From Spirochaetia bacterium (GTDB lineage Bacteria; Spirochaetota; Spirochaetia; UBA9216): a DNA stretch of 64,000 bases. Below are positions 36,126-45,645 of the stretch, piece after piece; position 1 is the first letter of the stretch, and each line of letters begins with the position of its first letter. The stretch is from the NCBI GenBank assembly GCA_963677925.2, contig CAXXYH010000003.1, positions 1,728,001-1,792,000 on the forward strand, in the 5' to 3' direction. The notes under the pieces were generated by a model, which had not been told where the DNA came from, made no database searches, and saw only the letters and a list, made by a program, of their open reading frames with translations. Both the position numbers and the translations under genes were made by a program.

Positions 36126-37448
36126 TCAGCGCTCAGCGAACTGCGGTAGAAACTCTTTATGAGCTTCAAGCATTTCATCAAATATTACTCTTGCCAGCTT
36201 ATCAGATGCGACAAGCGGATTTATAGCAAGGGCAAGAACTCCTGTGTTGTAATCTCCTGTCACAGCAGCTTCGGCAGCTGTCCGCTCAAAGGATTTAATC
36301 TGCTGTATAAGTCCCTTCACCGGCACCGGAAGTTCGCCTCTGACAGCAGTCTCGGGACCAGTGCCCGTGATTCGGCAGTTTATCTCGACAGCAGATTCAT
36401 AGGGAAGATCGCTGATAGCACCCCTGTTCATGGTGTTAACTGTCTGAATATCACCCTTATTATTATAAATGGAATTGATGAGGCTGCATGCTGCATCACT
36501 GTAGTAAGCCCCGCCGCGGTTCTCAAGCTGTGCCGGTTTGACATTAAGCGACGGGTCCCTGTAAAGCTCGAAAAGCTCGGTTTCCATAGCCTTTACCTTC
36601 TCGGCTCTTGTACCGTTATGACGATACTCTTCAAGGGCCTCTTCCACCATCTCGTCAGTTTTATAGTAGTAGCGGTGGTAGGGACAGGGCAGTATTTTCA
36701 GCCCCTTAATAAATTCCGGTTCCCATTCAATCGGAGGAATATTACTCATCGTAATTCGGCCCTTCGATTCTATTATGATATCAGGAATCTGCGCAGAGAT
36801 ATCTTCACCGTCAAGATAGGTTTTAAGGCCGAAAACCATGTGATTAAGGCCGGCAAAATCAACTTTCAGCCTTTCGATATCCACGCCCATAACGCCGGCC
36901 AGAGCCTTGTGAATACCTATCGGGACATTGCAGAGACCTACAACTCTTTTATGATCTGAATATCTAAGAAGGGCTTCGGTTACCATTCCGGCCGGATTAG
37001 AAAAATTCACAAGCCAGGCTTCCGGACATAATTCAACAATCTCATCGGCAATTTGAAGAATTACCGGGATGGTCCGGAGTCCAAGAAACAGGCCTCCGGC
37101 TCCGTTTGTCTCCTGCCCCAGAACACCGTGTGAAAGCGGAATTTTTTCATCCTTTATCCGGCCGTCCATTCCCCCTACCCTTATCTGGGTAGTTACAAAA
37201 TCGGCTCCCGGAAGCGCAGCCCGGCGATCAGTAGTAGTGATAATTTTCATGGGAACCCCGGCCTTATCGACCATCCGTTTTGCAAGCTCCCCCACTGTTT
37301 CAAGTTTCTCAAGGCCGCTTTCAATATCAACAAGCCACAATTCTTTTACGGGCAGTTCATCGTAGCGTTTGATAAAACCTTCTACCAGTTCAGGCGTATA
37401 GCTTGAACCGCCTCCAATTGTAACTATTTTTACAGCTTTATTTTTCAT
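36126..37448 (-). CDS. licH: GH4 6-phospho-beta-glucosidase (LicH/CelF-like)
   Basis: IGGGSSYTPEL, GQETNGAGG, NFSNP, GLCNVP, GLNH, PCPYHRYY, RGGAYYSDAA; GGAGG then ATG at 37448. Confidence 0.9.
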   Translation of the reverse strand: MKNKAVKIVTIGGGSSYTPELVEGFIKRYDELPVKELWLVDIESGLEKLETVGELAKRMVDKAGVPMKIITTTDRRAALPGADFVTTQIRVGGMDGRIKDEKIPLSHGVLGQETNGAGGLFLGLRTIPVILQIADEIVELCPEAWLVNFSNPAGMVTEALLRYSDHKRVVGLCNVPIGIHKALAGVMGVDIERLKVDFAGLNHMVFGLKTYLDGEDISAQIPDIIIESKGRITMSNIPPIEWEPEFIKGLKILPCPYHRYYYKTDEMVEEALEEYRHNGTRAEKVKAMETELFELYRDPSLNVKPAQLENRGGAYYSDAACSLINSIYNNKGDIQTVNTMNRGAISDLPYESAVEINCRITGTGPETAVRGELPVPVKGLIQQIKSFERTAAEAAVTGDYNTGVLALAINPLVASDKLARVIFDEMLEAHKEFLPQFAER

Positions 37449-37472
37449 GAATAATCCTCCGCTGCGGAAATG

Positions 37473-37525
37473 TAAAAATGTGACCGCACACATTTTTATC
37501 ATAACATAAATTTAAACTATGTCAA
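37473..37525 (-). promoter_or_regulatory. LacI-type operator and promoter for GH4-ROK
   Basis: TAAAAATGTG-ACCGCA-CACATTTTTA (37473-37498, central CG); TTGACA(37525)-N16-TATGAT with extended TG. Confidence 0.72.
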
Positions 37526-38530
37526 TGCAAGACATGAGCTTCGTACTATGAATTCAGAAGCAAGGATCACCTCATCAGGAACTGAGTTTTTACCGGAGAT
37601 AACCGCCATCATCATATCAACAGCAGCAACAGCAATCTTTTCCACAGGCTGCCTGACAGTAGTCAAGGAGGGAGTTATAAACGAAGAATACTGAAGATCA
37701 TCAAAACCGGCAACCGATAAATCCTCCGGCAGTTTAAGACCGGCATCATGAGCCGCCTTAATCATTCCCATAGCCATATAATCATTGGAACAGAACACTG
37801 CAGTAGGAGGATTTTCCCGAGTCATAAGCTCCGAATAGGCTCTGTAACCGCTCTCCAGAGACCAGTCACCGTAATATATCAGCTTTTCATCAGCAGGCTG
37901 TCCGGCGTCCTCAAGCTTCAGTCTGTACCCTTTCAGCCTGTCAGCTGCGTTTATTTCTTCTATATTGCCGCTGACGAAGCCTATCCGCTTGTGACCAAGC
38001 TCCAGAAGATGGGAGACAACACGGGCCGCACTTCCTGTATTATCAACATCAACAAAATTGAATTTCTTCCCCCTGCTTCTGCCCAGAACTACAGTAAAGG
38101 GTATATCATCACCTGAAAGTTTCTCGAGGAAAGGAGCCTCAAACGGGGGAGCAAAAACCATCAGCCCGTCAACCTTTCCCTCCTTATACAGTCCTGAATG
38201 ATCGCTAGCAGAGAGCTCATCATCATGAAGAGATCCCAGAAACAGACTGTAACCGTTTTGTTTGAGCTGTTTTTCAACGGAAAAAAGAAGTTCAATATAA
38301 AAAGGTGCAGTAAGAAGGTATTCTTTTTTCGGGAGAACTATTCCGATGTTATAGGTTTTTCTGTTATTGAGTGCCCTTGCAGCCGCGTTGGGATGGTAGC
38401 CAAGTTCCTCAATCGCCTTAAGGACCCGTTCCTCGGTTTCCTTTTTGACGTTGCCGCATTTATTGACGACTCTTGAAACCGTCATATATGAAACATTGGC
38501 TCTTTTTGCCACATCCTGCTGTGAAACCAC
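37517..38530 (-). CDS. LacI family transcriptional regulator
   Basis: DVAKRANVS..TVSRV.N...LGYHPNAAARAL; PEDLSVAGFDD, LTTVRQP. Confidence 0.95.
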   Translation of the reverse strand: MVSQQDVAKRANVSYMTVSRVVNKCGNVKKETEERVLKAIEELGYHPNAAARALNNRKTYNIGIVLPKKEYLLTAPFYIELLFSVEKQLKQNGYSLFLGSLHDDELSASDHSGLYKEGKVDGLMVFAPPFEAPFLEKLSGDDIPFTVVLGRSRGKKFNFVDVDNTGSAARVVSHLLELGHKRIGFVSGNIEEINAADRLKGYRLKLEDAGQPADEKLIYYGDWSLESGYRAYSELMTRENPPTAVFCSNDYMAMGMIKAAHDAGLKLPEDLSVAGFDDLQYSSFITPSLTTVRQPVEKIAVAAVDMMMAVISGKNSVPDEVILASEFIVRSSCLALT

Positions 38531-38549
38531 CCTGTTCTCCGTTTAAATA

Positions 38550-39308
38550 TTAAAGGTGATCTTTAGGAAAAATTATCTCTACTCCGGCCTCTTTGAAGAT
38601 GCCGATATACTCATCAGATATATTCCGGTCGGTAATCAGGTATTGAATATCTTCAACACCACAGTATTTAGACATCGCGATTTTACCGAATTTAGATGAA
38701 TCGGTAAGAATGAAGGTCTGAGGACTCCTTTTGATTATTACCGAGTTGATATCGGCGCGCATCATATCCTTTCCGGTAAAACCTGTGTTCTGCGCAAAGC
38801 CGTCAACACCAATAAATGCCTTGCTGAAGTTCAGATGCTTAAGACATTCCTTTACAAGGTTACCGACAACACACTCACTTTCCGGCTGATAGATTCCTCC
38901 GAGAAGAATAACTCTACCTTCGGAATTTTTTCCTATCTGTCTGGCTATGAAAGCATTCGATGTAATTATTGTAGTAGTCTTGCGCTGCTTGACTATTTCC
39001 TGAGCCAGAAGAGAGTTAATGGAACCCGATTCTATGAAGATGGTTTCCCCCTCTTCAACATAGGAAACAGCAGTCCGGGCAATGCTTAGCTTCTGTTCGT
39101 AATTTATACCCATCCGGTGGGATATATCATCTGTTTCATCAAGAACAGCACCGCCGTGAACCCTTTTGAGAAAGCCGTTGGATTCAAGAGATGTTAAATC
39201 CTGCCTTATAGTAGCGGGAGAGACATCAAGCCTTTCGGCAAGCTCATTAACAGCAGCTTTTTTTCCATCTGACATTATACTTAATATCTGTCTGTGTCGT
39301 TTATTCAT
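38550..39308 (-). CDS. yciT: DeoR family regulator, YciT-like
   Basis: TIRQDL..LE, DDISHRM..NY..K, ETIFIESGS, GGIYQ..SE..VG, FSKAFIGVDG...TGFTGKDMMR; matches my recollection of E. coli YciT. Confidence 0.75.
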   Translation of the reverse strand: MNKRHRQILSIMSDGKKAAVNELAERLDVSPATIRQDLTSLESNGFLKRVHGGAVLDETDDISHRMGINYEQKLSIARTAVSYVEEGETIFIESGSINSLLAQEIVKQRKTTTIITSNAFIARQIGKNSEGRVILLGGIYQPESECVVGNLVKECLKHLNFSKAFIGVDGFAQNTGFTGKDMMRADINSVIIKRSPQTFILTDSSKFGKIAMSKYCGVEDIQYLITDRNISDEYIGIFKEAGVEIIFPKDHL

Positions 39309-39310
39309 AA

Positions 39311-40270
39311 TTATTCCAGTGTTAACGCAGCTGCTCCCAGTAATCCGGCATTGTTTCCCAGCGCAGAAGGTCGGATTTCGATTTTATCATACATCATTTT
39401 ATTCACGAGTGACAAGAATTTATGCTCAATCTGATCCAGATAAACCTCGCCGCAATTTGTGAGCCCTCCGCCGATTATAAAGATTTCGGGATTGAGTATC
39501 TGAAAAAGGTTATACAGACCGACACCAACGGCATCAGCTGAATCGCCAAGAACCTTCTTGGAAAGTGCATCTCCTTCCTCAAGGCCCCTCCGCATGGTAA
39601 GACCGTCAAAATTATCTACATTTGAAAGGTCCACACCTATCGTTGATGTCTCTCCGGCTTCGAGATATTTACGGTATAAAGCTGGAAGATACTGTCCGCT
39701 TGAAAGCGACATCATACAGCCGTAGTTTCCGCAGGAACATTGAATATCGGAATGGGGATCAATTATAGTATGACCTACCTCACCTGCAGTACCGGTCATT
39801 CCCCGGATGAGTTTTTTATCAATAATAATTCCGCATCCGACACCGGTACTTACAGTTAGAAAGATCATATCCGAAAAACTTTTGCCCGCACCGAAGCGGA
39901 ATTCTCCATAGGCCTGAGCATTTGCATCATTATCAAGAATTACATGGGTACGGAATTTTCGGGCTACCCGCTCCCGAATCGGATAATTGTTAAAACATGC
40001 CCTGAAGTTACTTGAAGTTATTATAAGTCCCTTCTTGTAGTTCACATGGCCGGCCATGCAGATACCTATGCCGTGAAGCTCTTCATCTGCCACACCGTTG
40101 TTATCCATCAGGCCACGGATAAGGCTTATAACCTTATCCGCTATCCCGTCACAGTCCATGTCTTTGTGATCATATATTTTCAGTTTTTCAACAAGGGTGC
40201 CGTCTTCAAGGAAGAGTCCCGCTGACAGCTTTGTGCCCCCGAGGTCTACTCCGCACAGATATTTTTTCAT
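39311..40270 (-). CDS. ROK family sugar kinase (Zn-type) with atypical GCMM motif
   Basis: DLGGTK, DNDANA, STGVGCG, AGEVGH, CSCGNYGCMMSL; ATG at 40270. Confidence 0.88.
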   Translation of the reverse strand: MKKYLCGVDLGGTKLSAGLFLEDGTLVEKLKIYDHKDMDCDGIADKVISLIRGLMDNNGVADEELHGIGICMAGHVNYKKGLIITSSNFRACFNNYPIRERVARKFRTHVILDNDANAQAYGEFRFGAGKSFSDMIFLTVSTGVGCGIIIDKKLIRGMTGTAGEVGHTIIDPHSDIQCSCGNYGCMMSLSSGQYLPALYRKYLEAGETSTIGVDLSNVDNFDGLTMRRGLEEGDALSKKVLGDSADAVGVGLYNLFQILNPEIFIIGGGLTNCGEVYLDQIEHKFLSLVNKMMYDKIEIRPSALGNNAGLLGAAALTLE

Positions 40271-40289
40271 ACAGCCTTCCGGAAAATCA

Positions 40290-41261
40290 TTATACAGCTT
40301 CTCTCTTTCGCTTTCTGCTGTAGCTGTCAAGACAAAGAATGGTTACAACAACAATTCCCCTTATTACTTCCTGAATATAGGGGCTGATCCGGAGCATGTT
40401 CATACTGTTTTCCATAACTCCGAAAACAAGGTAACCGAGCATGGCAAGAGGAGCTCCGCCGACTCCGCCGGCCAGGGAGGTACCGCCTACAACTACCGCA
40501 CTAATTACAACAAGCGGTATCCGGTCTCCGTAGATTGAATGGCCGGTATTAAGTGTTGAGGAAAGCAGTACACCCGAAAAGGATGCCGCAGCACCACAGA
40601 TAACATAGGTTGCGGCCTGGATTTTTTTAACACTGATTCCGGAATATTCAGCAACCTCGAAATCACCTCCGATTGCATAGATATTGCGTCCAAACTGGGT
40701 ATACCGGAGAAGGAAGTGGGTAATTACAAATACAACAAGCATAATGACAATCGAATTCGGTATAAATCCGAAAATTGTTCCGTTACCAATCATCATAAAT
40801 TCATAGTTGTCAGGTGTGATAGGGTGGGCGTCTGTAAGCTGCTGTGCAACACCGGTTAAAACCATTCCCATACCGAGAGTGATTATAAACGGAGCACATT
40901 TCTGATACACGACCAGAAATCCGTTCACAGCTCCAATCAGAGCACCGACAATAACCGCAAGGACTATCGACAGCCAGATCGGAACACCGGCATTCATGAA
41001 CATAATAGAAACTATTCCGCCAAGGCAGAGAGTACCTCCGATAGAAAGGTCTATTCCCTCACCTATAATTACAAGCGTAATTCCGAAAGCAAGAACTATA
41101 TAGATTGATGCGGAATTAAGCAGATCAAGCAGGTTGTAGCTTGTAAAGAAATATGTGGGAAAAAAGAGCATCAGTATAAACATTGCCAGAATAGCCATTA
41201 CCGCTTTCTGCCTTGTAAGCTTCTTTAAAATTGTTTTACCTTTAGGATAATTATTCATCAC
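40290..41261 (-). CDS. Monosaccharide ABC transporter permease (RbsC family)
   Basis: GIDLSIG, PFIITLG, FGRNIYAIGG, AVVVGGTSLAGG. Confidence 0.92.
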   Translation of the reverse strand: MMNNYPKGKTILKKLTRQKAVMAILAMFILMLFFPTYFFTSYNLLDLLNSASIYIVLAFGITLVIIGEGIDLSIGGTLCLGGIVSIMFMNAGVPIWLSIVLAVIVGALIGAVNGFLVVYQKCAPFIITLGMGMVLTGVAQQLTDAHPITPDNYEFMMIGNGTIFGFIPNSIVIMLVVFVITHFLLRYTQFGRNIYAIGGDFEVAEYSGISVKKIQAATYVICGAAASFSGVLLSSTLNTGHSIYGDRIPLVVISAVVVGGTSLAGGVGGAPLAMLGYLVFGVMENSMNMLRISPYIQEVIRGIVVVTILCLDSYSRKRKREAV

Positions 41262-41269
41262 CGCGCCTC

Positions 41270-42277
41270 CTAGTGCTGCCTCTTGGTGTCAAGCCAGATG
41301 GCTACGACCAGAACAAGTCCTCTCATGACGTATTGCATGTAAACATCAACCCCCAGCAGGTTAAGACAGTTGCCAAGCAGAATTACAAGCAGCGTACCGA
41401 TTACAGTACGTATTACGCTTCCCTTACCGCCGAGCAGCGAGGTACCGCCAACTACTACCGCCATTATGGCCTGTGTTTCATAGCCTTTTCCCAGAGTGGG
41501 AGAAGCCTGAGTTACCCTTGAAAAGAGAATGATACCGCTTAAACCGGCCATAAACCCGTTGATGGTAAACATGCTGATGATTCCCTTTTTAACAGAAATA
41601 CCGGCAAGTCTTGCTGCGGTTTTGTTTCCACCGAGAAGATTGATTGTACGGCCGAGATAGGTTTTATTCTGAAAAATATAGAGAATTACAAAAACAAAGA
41701 TAAATATCAGAAATGATACCGAGAATATTCCGACCGTACCTGAACCGATAACAGTGAAGAGTGAATAATCAGCCTCCATATATGTCAGGTAGTGGGTTAC
41801 ACCTCCTGTATACAGCATTGCAAGTCCGCCGAAAACAACCATGGTTCCATAGGTGATAAACAGGGCTTCAGCCTGTGTGATAGCACCGCTCACCAGTATC
41901 AGCAGACTGTTGATAAAGCCGCACACCGCTCCGGCAATCAGCCCGATGATAAGAGCCGGAACCATTCCAAGCGGCTCGATAAGTGAGTGGGTGATGACAA
42001 CTACCAGAGGAATTGTTCCGGAAACTGATAGGTCAATAAACCCGCCTATAATTACAAAGGTCATTCCGAGGCAGACCATAATCAGAGGCCCGAACTGACG
42101 CATGATATTCGTCATATTGGCAACAGTCGCAAATTTTGGTTCAACGATTATAGTTACAATGGCCAGTACGGCAATAGCGAAAAGGACCATGTATTCCTTT
42201 GAGAACTCAATAATCGCCTTTCTGATTTTCGAATCAGCAACCGGAACTGCTTTTACTGGTGTATTATTTTCGCTCAT
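41270..42277 (-). CDS. Monosaccharide ABC transporter permease (RbsC family)
   Basis: GMTFVII..IDLSV, GGNKTAARLAGI, AVVVGGTSLLGGKG. Confidence 0.92.
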   Translation of the reverse strand: MSENNTPVKAVPVADSKIRKAIIEFSKEYMVLFAIAVLAIVTIIVEPKFATVANMTNIMRQFGPLIMVCLGMTFVIIGGFIDLSVSGTIPLVVVITHSLIEPLGMVPALIIGLIAGAVCGFINSLLILVSGAITQAEALFITYGTMVVFGGLAMLYTGGVTHYLTYMEADYSLFTVIGSGTVGIFSVSFLIFIFVFVILYIFQNKTYLGRTINLLGGNKTAARLAGISVKKGIISMFTINGFMAGLSGIILFSRVTQASPTLGKGYETQAIMAVVVGGTSLLGGKGSVIRTVIGTLLVILLGNCLNLLGVDVYMQYVMRGLVLVVAIWLDTKRQH

Positions 42278-43782
42278 GATTCCGTCCCTTTATCAATAAA
42301 CTCAAATGCTTTTTCCATTATTTCATGTGTTGACGCCTTTTCAGGATCAAATTCGCCCGTAATCCGGCCGTCACAGATTGTAAGCACACGGTTGCTCATA
42401 TTCAGAACCTCCGGCAGCTCCGAAGATATCAGTATTACAGAACCGCCCTTGCTTACAATATCCTTCATAAGCAGATAGATTTCATACTTCGCACCAACGT
42501 CAATACCCCTTGTCGGTTCATCCATTATCAGGATACGCGGTTCAAGTTCGAGCCAGCGGCCGACTATACATTTCTGCTGATTTCCGCCGGAAAGGCTTTC
42601 AGCCCTTGTTTTAGCCGACGGGGTTTTAATATTAAGAGCCTTAATCTGTCTTTCAGCTATTGCCTTCTCATCTCCCTTTTTAAGAAAGCCAAGCTTTGTC
42701 GTCATCCTGTCGAGACTCGCCATTGAGATATTTGACTCTACGCTGAAGGGGAGAATGAGGCCCTGCAGTTTCCGATCTTCAGGAACAAAGGATATTCCTG
42801 CAGCCTTGGCATCGGCAGGTTCCTTGATTTTTACAGGTTTTCCGTCAATCAGGATTTCATGGCCGAAGGTCCTGTCTGCACCGAAAATTGCCCGGACTAT
42901 CTCAGTCCTTCCTGCTCCTACAAGACCGACAAAGCCCAGTATTTCACCTTTTTTCAGCTTGAAGGATACATCCTTTAATTTCTTTGTATTTATTGAGCGT
43001 ACTTCCATGAGTGTATCACCGACATTTCTAGGACGCTCGGGAAATTCATTTTCAATTGACCGGCCGACCATTTTGGCAATCATTTCACCTCTGGTTATCT
43101 CTCCGATCGGTTTTGTATCGATGACCTTGCCGTCACGCATTACGGTGACCATGTCGCAGTAGTTGAATATTTCATCGAGTTTATGACTTATATAGATGAT
43201 AGATATTCCCTGTTCTTTGAGATGTGCAATAATCCTTGCCAGATGCTTCATTTCATCATCTGTAAGACTGCTGCTCGGTTCATCCATGATAATCAGTTTT
43301 GAGTCGAATGAAAGAGCCTTCGCTATCTCGACCATCTGTTTTTCAGAAACGCTCAAATCTCCAACAAGGGTATATGTATCAATTTTAGAACCTATACTGT
43401 CAAGAAGCTCACGTGCCTTTGCATGCGTGCCCTTCATACCTTTCAACTCTCTGAAACGGCCCAGAAAAACATTTTCTCCCACTGTCATCGTATTTACGAT
43501 ATTCAGTTCCTGATAGATGATACTCAGTCCCATTTCCATCGACTTATGGGGTGTTGTTGACTTGATATCTTTTCCGTCAAAAGTAATTGTGCCTGAATCT
43601 TTTACATGTACTCCTGATAAAATCTTCATCAGCGTAGATTTACCGGCACCGTTCTCCCCTACTATACCGTGAACCGTTCCCCGCCTGACATTAATGGAAA
43701 CATCATCAAGCGCCTTAACACCGGGAAAGGTTTTATTTATGTTTTCAACTGAAAGAATGTATTCCGGCATCTTATCATTCAT
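42274..43782 (-). CDS. Monosaccharide ABC transporter ATPase (RbsA/MglA family)
   Basis: Tandem NBDs: GENGAGKST, DEPSS, ISHKL, PEDRK, LSGGNQQK, DEPTRG; start could be 43791, 43782 or 43770. Confidence 0.93.
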   Translation of the reverse strand: MNDKMPEYILSVENINKTFPGVKALDDVSINVRRGTVHGIVGENGAGKSTLMKILSGVHVKDSGTITFDGKDIKSTTPHKSMEMGLSIIYQELNIVNTMTVGENVFLGRFRELKGMKGTHAKARELLDSIGSKIDTYTLVGDLSVSEKQMVEIAKALSFDSKLIIMDEPSSSLTDDEMKHLARIIAHLKEQGISIIYISHKLDEIFNYCDMVTVMRDGKVIDTKPIGEITRGEMIAKMVGRSIENEFPERPRNVGDTLMEVRSINTKKLKDVSFKLKKGEILGFVGLVGAGRTEIVRAIFGADRTFGHEILIDGKPVKIKEPADAKAAGISFVPEDRKLQGLILPFSVESNISMASLDRMTTKLGFLKKGDEKAIAERQIKALNIKTPSAKTRAESLSGGNQQKCIVGRWLELEPRILIMDEPTRGIDVGAKYEIYLLMKDIVSKGGSVILISSELPEVLNMSNRVLTICDGRITGEFDPEKASTHEIMEKAFEFIDKGTES

Positions 43783-43834
43783 TTCTCTCAACCTCTTTCT
43801 TTGTAAGCTTTTTCTTTTTTAGATAGATGAGGGA

Positions 43835-43930
43835 GCAATTTCAAAAACTTTTAGAGTCTCACTTCCTGCGTTTTGAAATTGCCTCTATGAATAAGCCCGT
43901 TTAAACATAATCATGTAAAAACGAGCTTAT
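43835..43930 (-). terminator. Two tandem hairpins after the substrate-binding protein gene
   Basis: GCAATTTCAAAA...TTTTGAAATTGC (43835-43882) and ATAAGCCCGTTT...AAACGAGCTTAT (43891-43930). Confidence 0.55.
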
Positions 43931-43954
43931 TTCATTTCTTTTACCAGTTAAATC

Positions 43955-44905
43955 CTACCACTCAGGAGGAGTGAAAGTATCGATATTTGAAAGGTCTACT
44001 ATATCAAGCGGAATGAAGTTTACAACTTTGATTGATTTGCCGTCCAGAAGATCTCTGGCTGTCTGCATTTCTATCATTGCCATATTTTCAAAGTTCTGCA
44101 TAATGGTGACACTCTGCCGGCCGCTTCTAACCTGGTCAAAACCTGCCCTGTTGCCGTCTACACCTACGATAAATTTTCCGGTCATACCTGCTGCGTCAAG
44201 TGCATTGAGTATACCTGTTGCACCTCCGTCCCAGTGACAGAATATACCTTCAATTTCTTCACCGTATTTAACAATCATGTCTTCCATTATCATCATAGCC
44301 TGGTTTGTATCCCACTGCTGACATGCTTTGTAATCAATAACTTCAAGTTTTGAACCAGCAATTTTCTTGTTGAAACCATCATGTCTCTTGATCTGAGCGT
44401 CATGTCCTGACTGACCGCCTATCTCAACAATCTTTGCACCGTTGGGGAATTTGTTCAGGAATGCCTGACCTGCAGCTTCACCAGCCATAAGGTCGTTAAC
44501 GCCTACGAAGAAATCACGCGCCATGTCAGCACTTTCTGCAGGAACGTCTGATGAGAACATACCTACGATAACACCGGCTTTCTTGGCTTTAATAAGAGCG
44601 GGAATAACCGCGTTGATATCATTGGGGTTAACAAATATAGCTGCGAATTTCTGAGCTACAGCATTATTGATCAGCTGGGTTTCAACCTGAGCATCACCCT
44701 TACCGTCAAGAATTGTTACATCAAAATTATATTCAGCTGCATGTTTTTCAAACATTTTTGCTGCAAAAGCCTGTGACGGATTTGCAATTTCACCCGGAAT
44801 AAAGGCAACTTTTTCCATTCCGCCGGCAGCTTCCTGCTGACCGCCTGCAAATGCCATAGTACCAACCATTAATACTATGCAAATCAGTACAATTACTCTT
44901 TTCAT
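43955..44905 (-). CDS. Sugar ABC transporter substrate-binding protein (RbsB-like)
   Basis: Signal ...MAFAGGQQE; NP..AF, RHDGF, VGVDG; type I periplasmic fold pattern. Confidence 0.9.
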   Translation of the reverse strand: MKRVIVLICIVLMVGTMAFAGGQQEAAGGMEKVAFIPGEIANPSQAFAAKMFEKHAAEYNFDVTILDGKGDAQVETQLINNAVAQKFAAIFVNPNDINAVIPALIKAKKAGVIVGMFSSDVPAESADMARDFFVGVNDLMAGEAAGQAFLNKFPNGAKIVEIGGQSGHDAQIKRHDGFNKKIAGSKLEVIDYKACQQWDTNQAMMIMEDMIVKYGEEIEGIFCHWDGGATGILNALDAAGMTGKFIVGVDGNRAGFDQVRSGRQSVTIMQNFENMAMIEMQTARDLLDGKSIKVVNFIPLDIVDLSNIDTFTPPEW

Positions 44906-45001
44906 TTAAGTCCTCCATTAAAAAAACAAATTCTTAATTAAAATCTAAACCAACCTAACTCTCTGTTGAAAAAAAGATGCAAACCTCCTTAATACTGATT
45001 T

Positions 45002-45478
45002 TCAGTTTTTATCTGTATCCTTACGGACAAATTCCCTTAATACTGACACAACAAGTTCATGGTCTTCCACATCAGGCAGACCGCTGACTGTTACAGACCC
45101 GATAGTCCCGGTCTCTTTTATTATGATTGGAAATGATCCGCCGAATGGTGCATATTCACCTCCGTCAAGAAAGTAAAGTTCTTCGAGTGATTTTTTCTTT
45201 TCAAGCAGCAGCTCTTTCATATAAAGGGAACTTTTACCGAAGCGGTCCGCGATTCTGCTTTTCCGGATTATCCAGCTGTCGTTATCAGCTGAAGTCCCTT
45301 CAATCGCGTAATGAAATATCTGCTGTCCATGCTTTCTTATATCAACTGTAACTACTTGATCCTTGAGACGGGCTACCTCTACAAGCCTAAGTCCAAGCTC
45401 AAGAGCCATTGAATTCGAAAAAGAACTGAATTGAAGCTCTGAATGCTCTTCGTCTCTGGCTTTCAATATGCTACTCAT
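45002..45478 (-). CDS. UPF0303 / HbpS-GlcG 'haem-degrading' domain protein
   Basis: EELQFSSF, GTSADNDSWI.RK, SSLY, GGSFPI, VSGLPD..DH. Confidence 0.85.
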   Translation of the reverse strand: MSSILKARDEEHSELQFSSFSNSMALELGLRLVEVARLKDQVVTVDIRKHGQQIFHYAIEGTSADNDSWIIRKSRIADRFGKSSLYMKELLLEKKKSLEELYFLDGGEYAPFGGSFPIIIKETGTIGSVTVSGLPDVEDHELVVSVLREFVRKDTDKN

Positions 45479-45503
45479 TTTCCATCTTTCGCCTTAAATT
45501 AAT

Positions 45504-45567
45504 CTTTCGTATGATAGTATTTATTTATCGTATGTGATACGATACACCATCAAATTACAGTTGTCAA
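45504..45567 (-). promoter_or_regulatory. Promoter and operators of the UPF0303-ABC-ROK-DeoR operon
   Basis: TTGACA(45567)-N17-TATCGT; palindrome TATCGTAT-GTG-ATACGATA (45526-45544); CTTTCGTATGATAG (45504-45517) resembles the GRE operator. Confidence 0.62.
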
Positions 45568-45645
45568 ATTTTATTTTCAGGGATTCACCCTTTTAATTGC
45601 CAAAATCAGAGTGTTCTGGTAAAAATATGCAGAAAGGATTAACAG

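Noticed and set aside
36159-36959. Long antisense ORFs in the track (e.g. 36159-36959, 7848-8501, 51689-52360, 53565-54131, 34161-34616)
   Set aside because: They shadow well-supported genes on the opposite strand and have no recognisable motifs or RBS.
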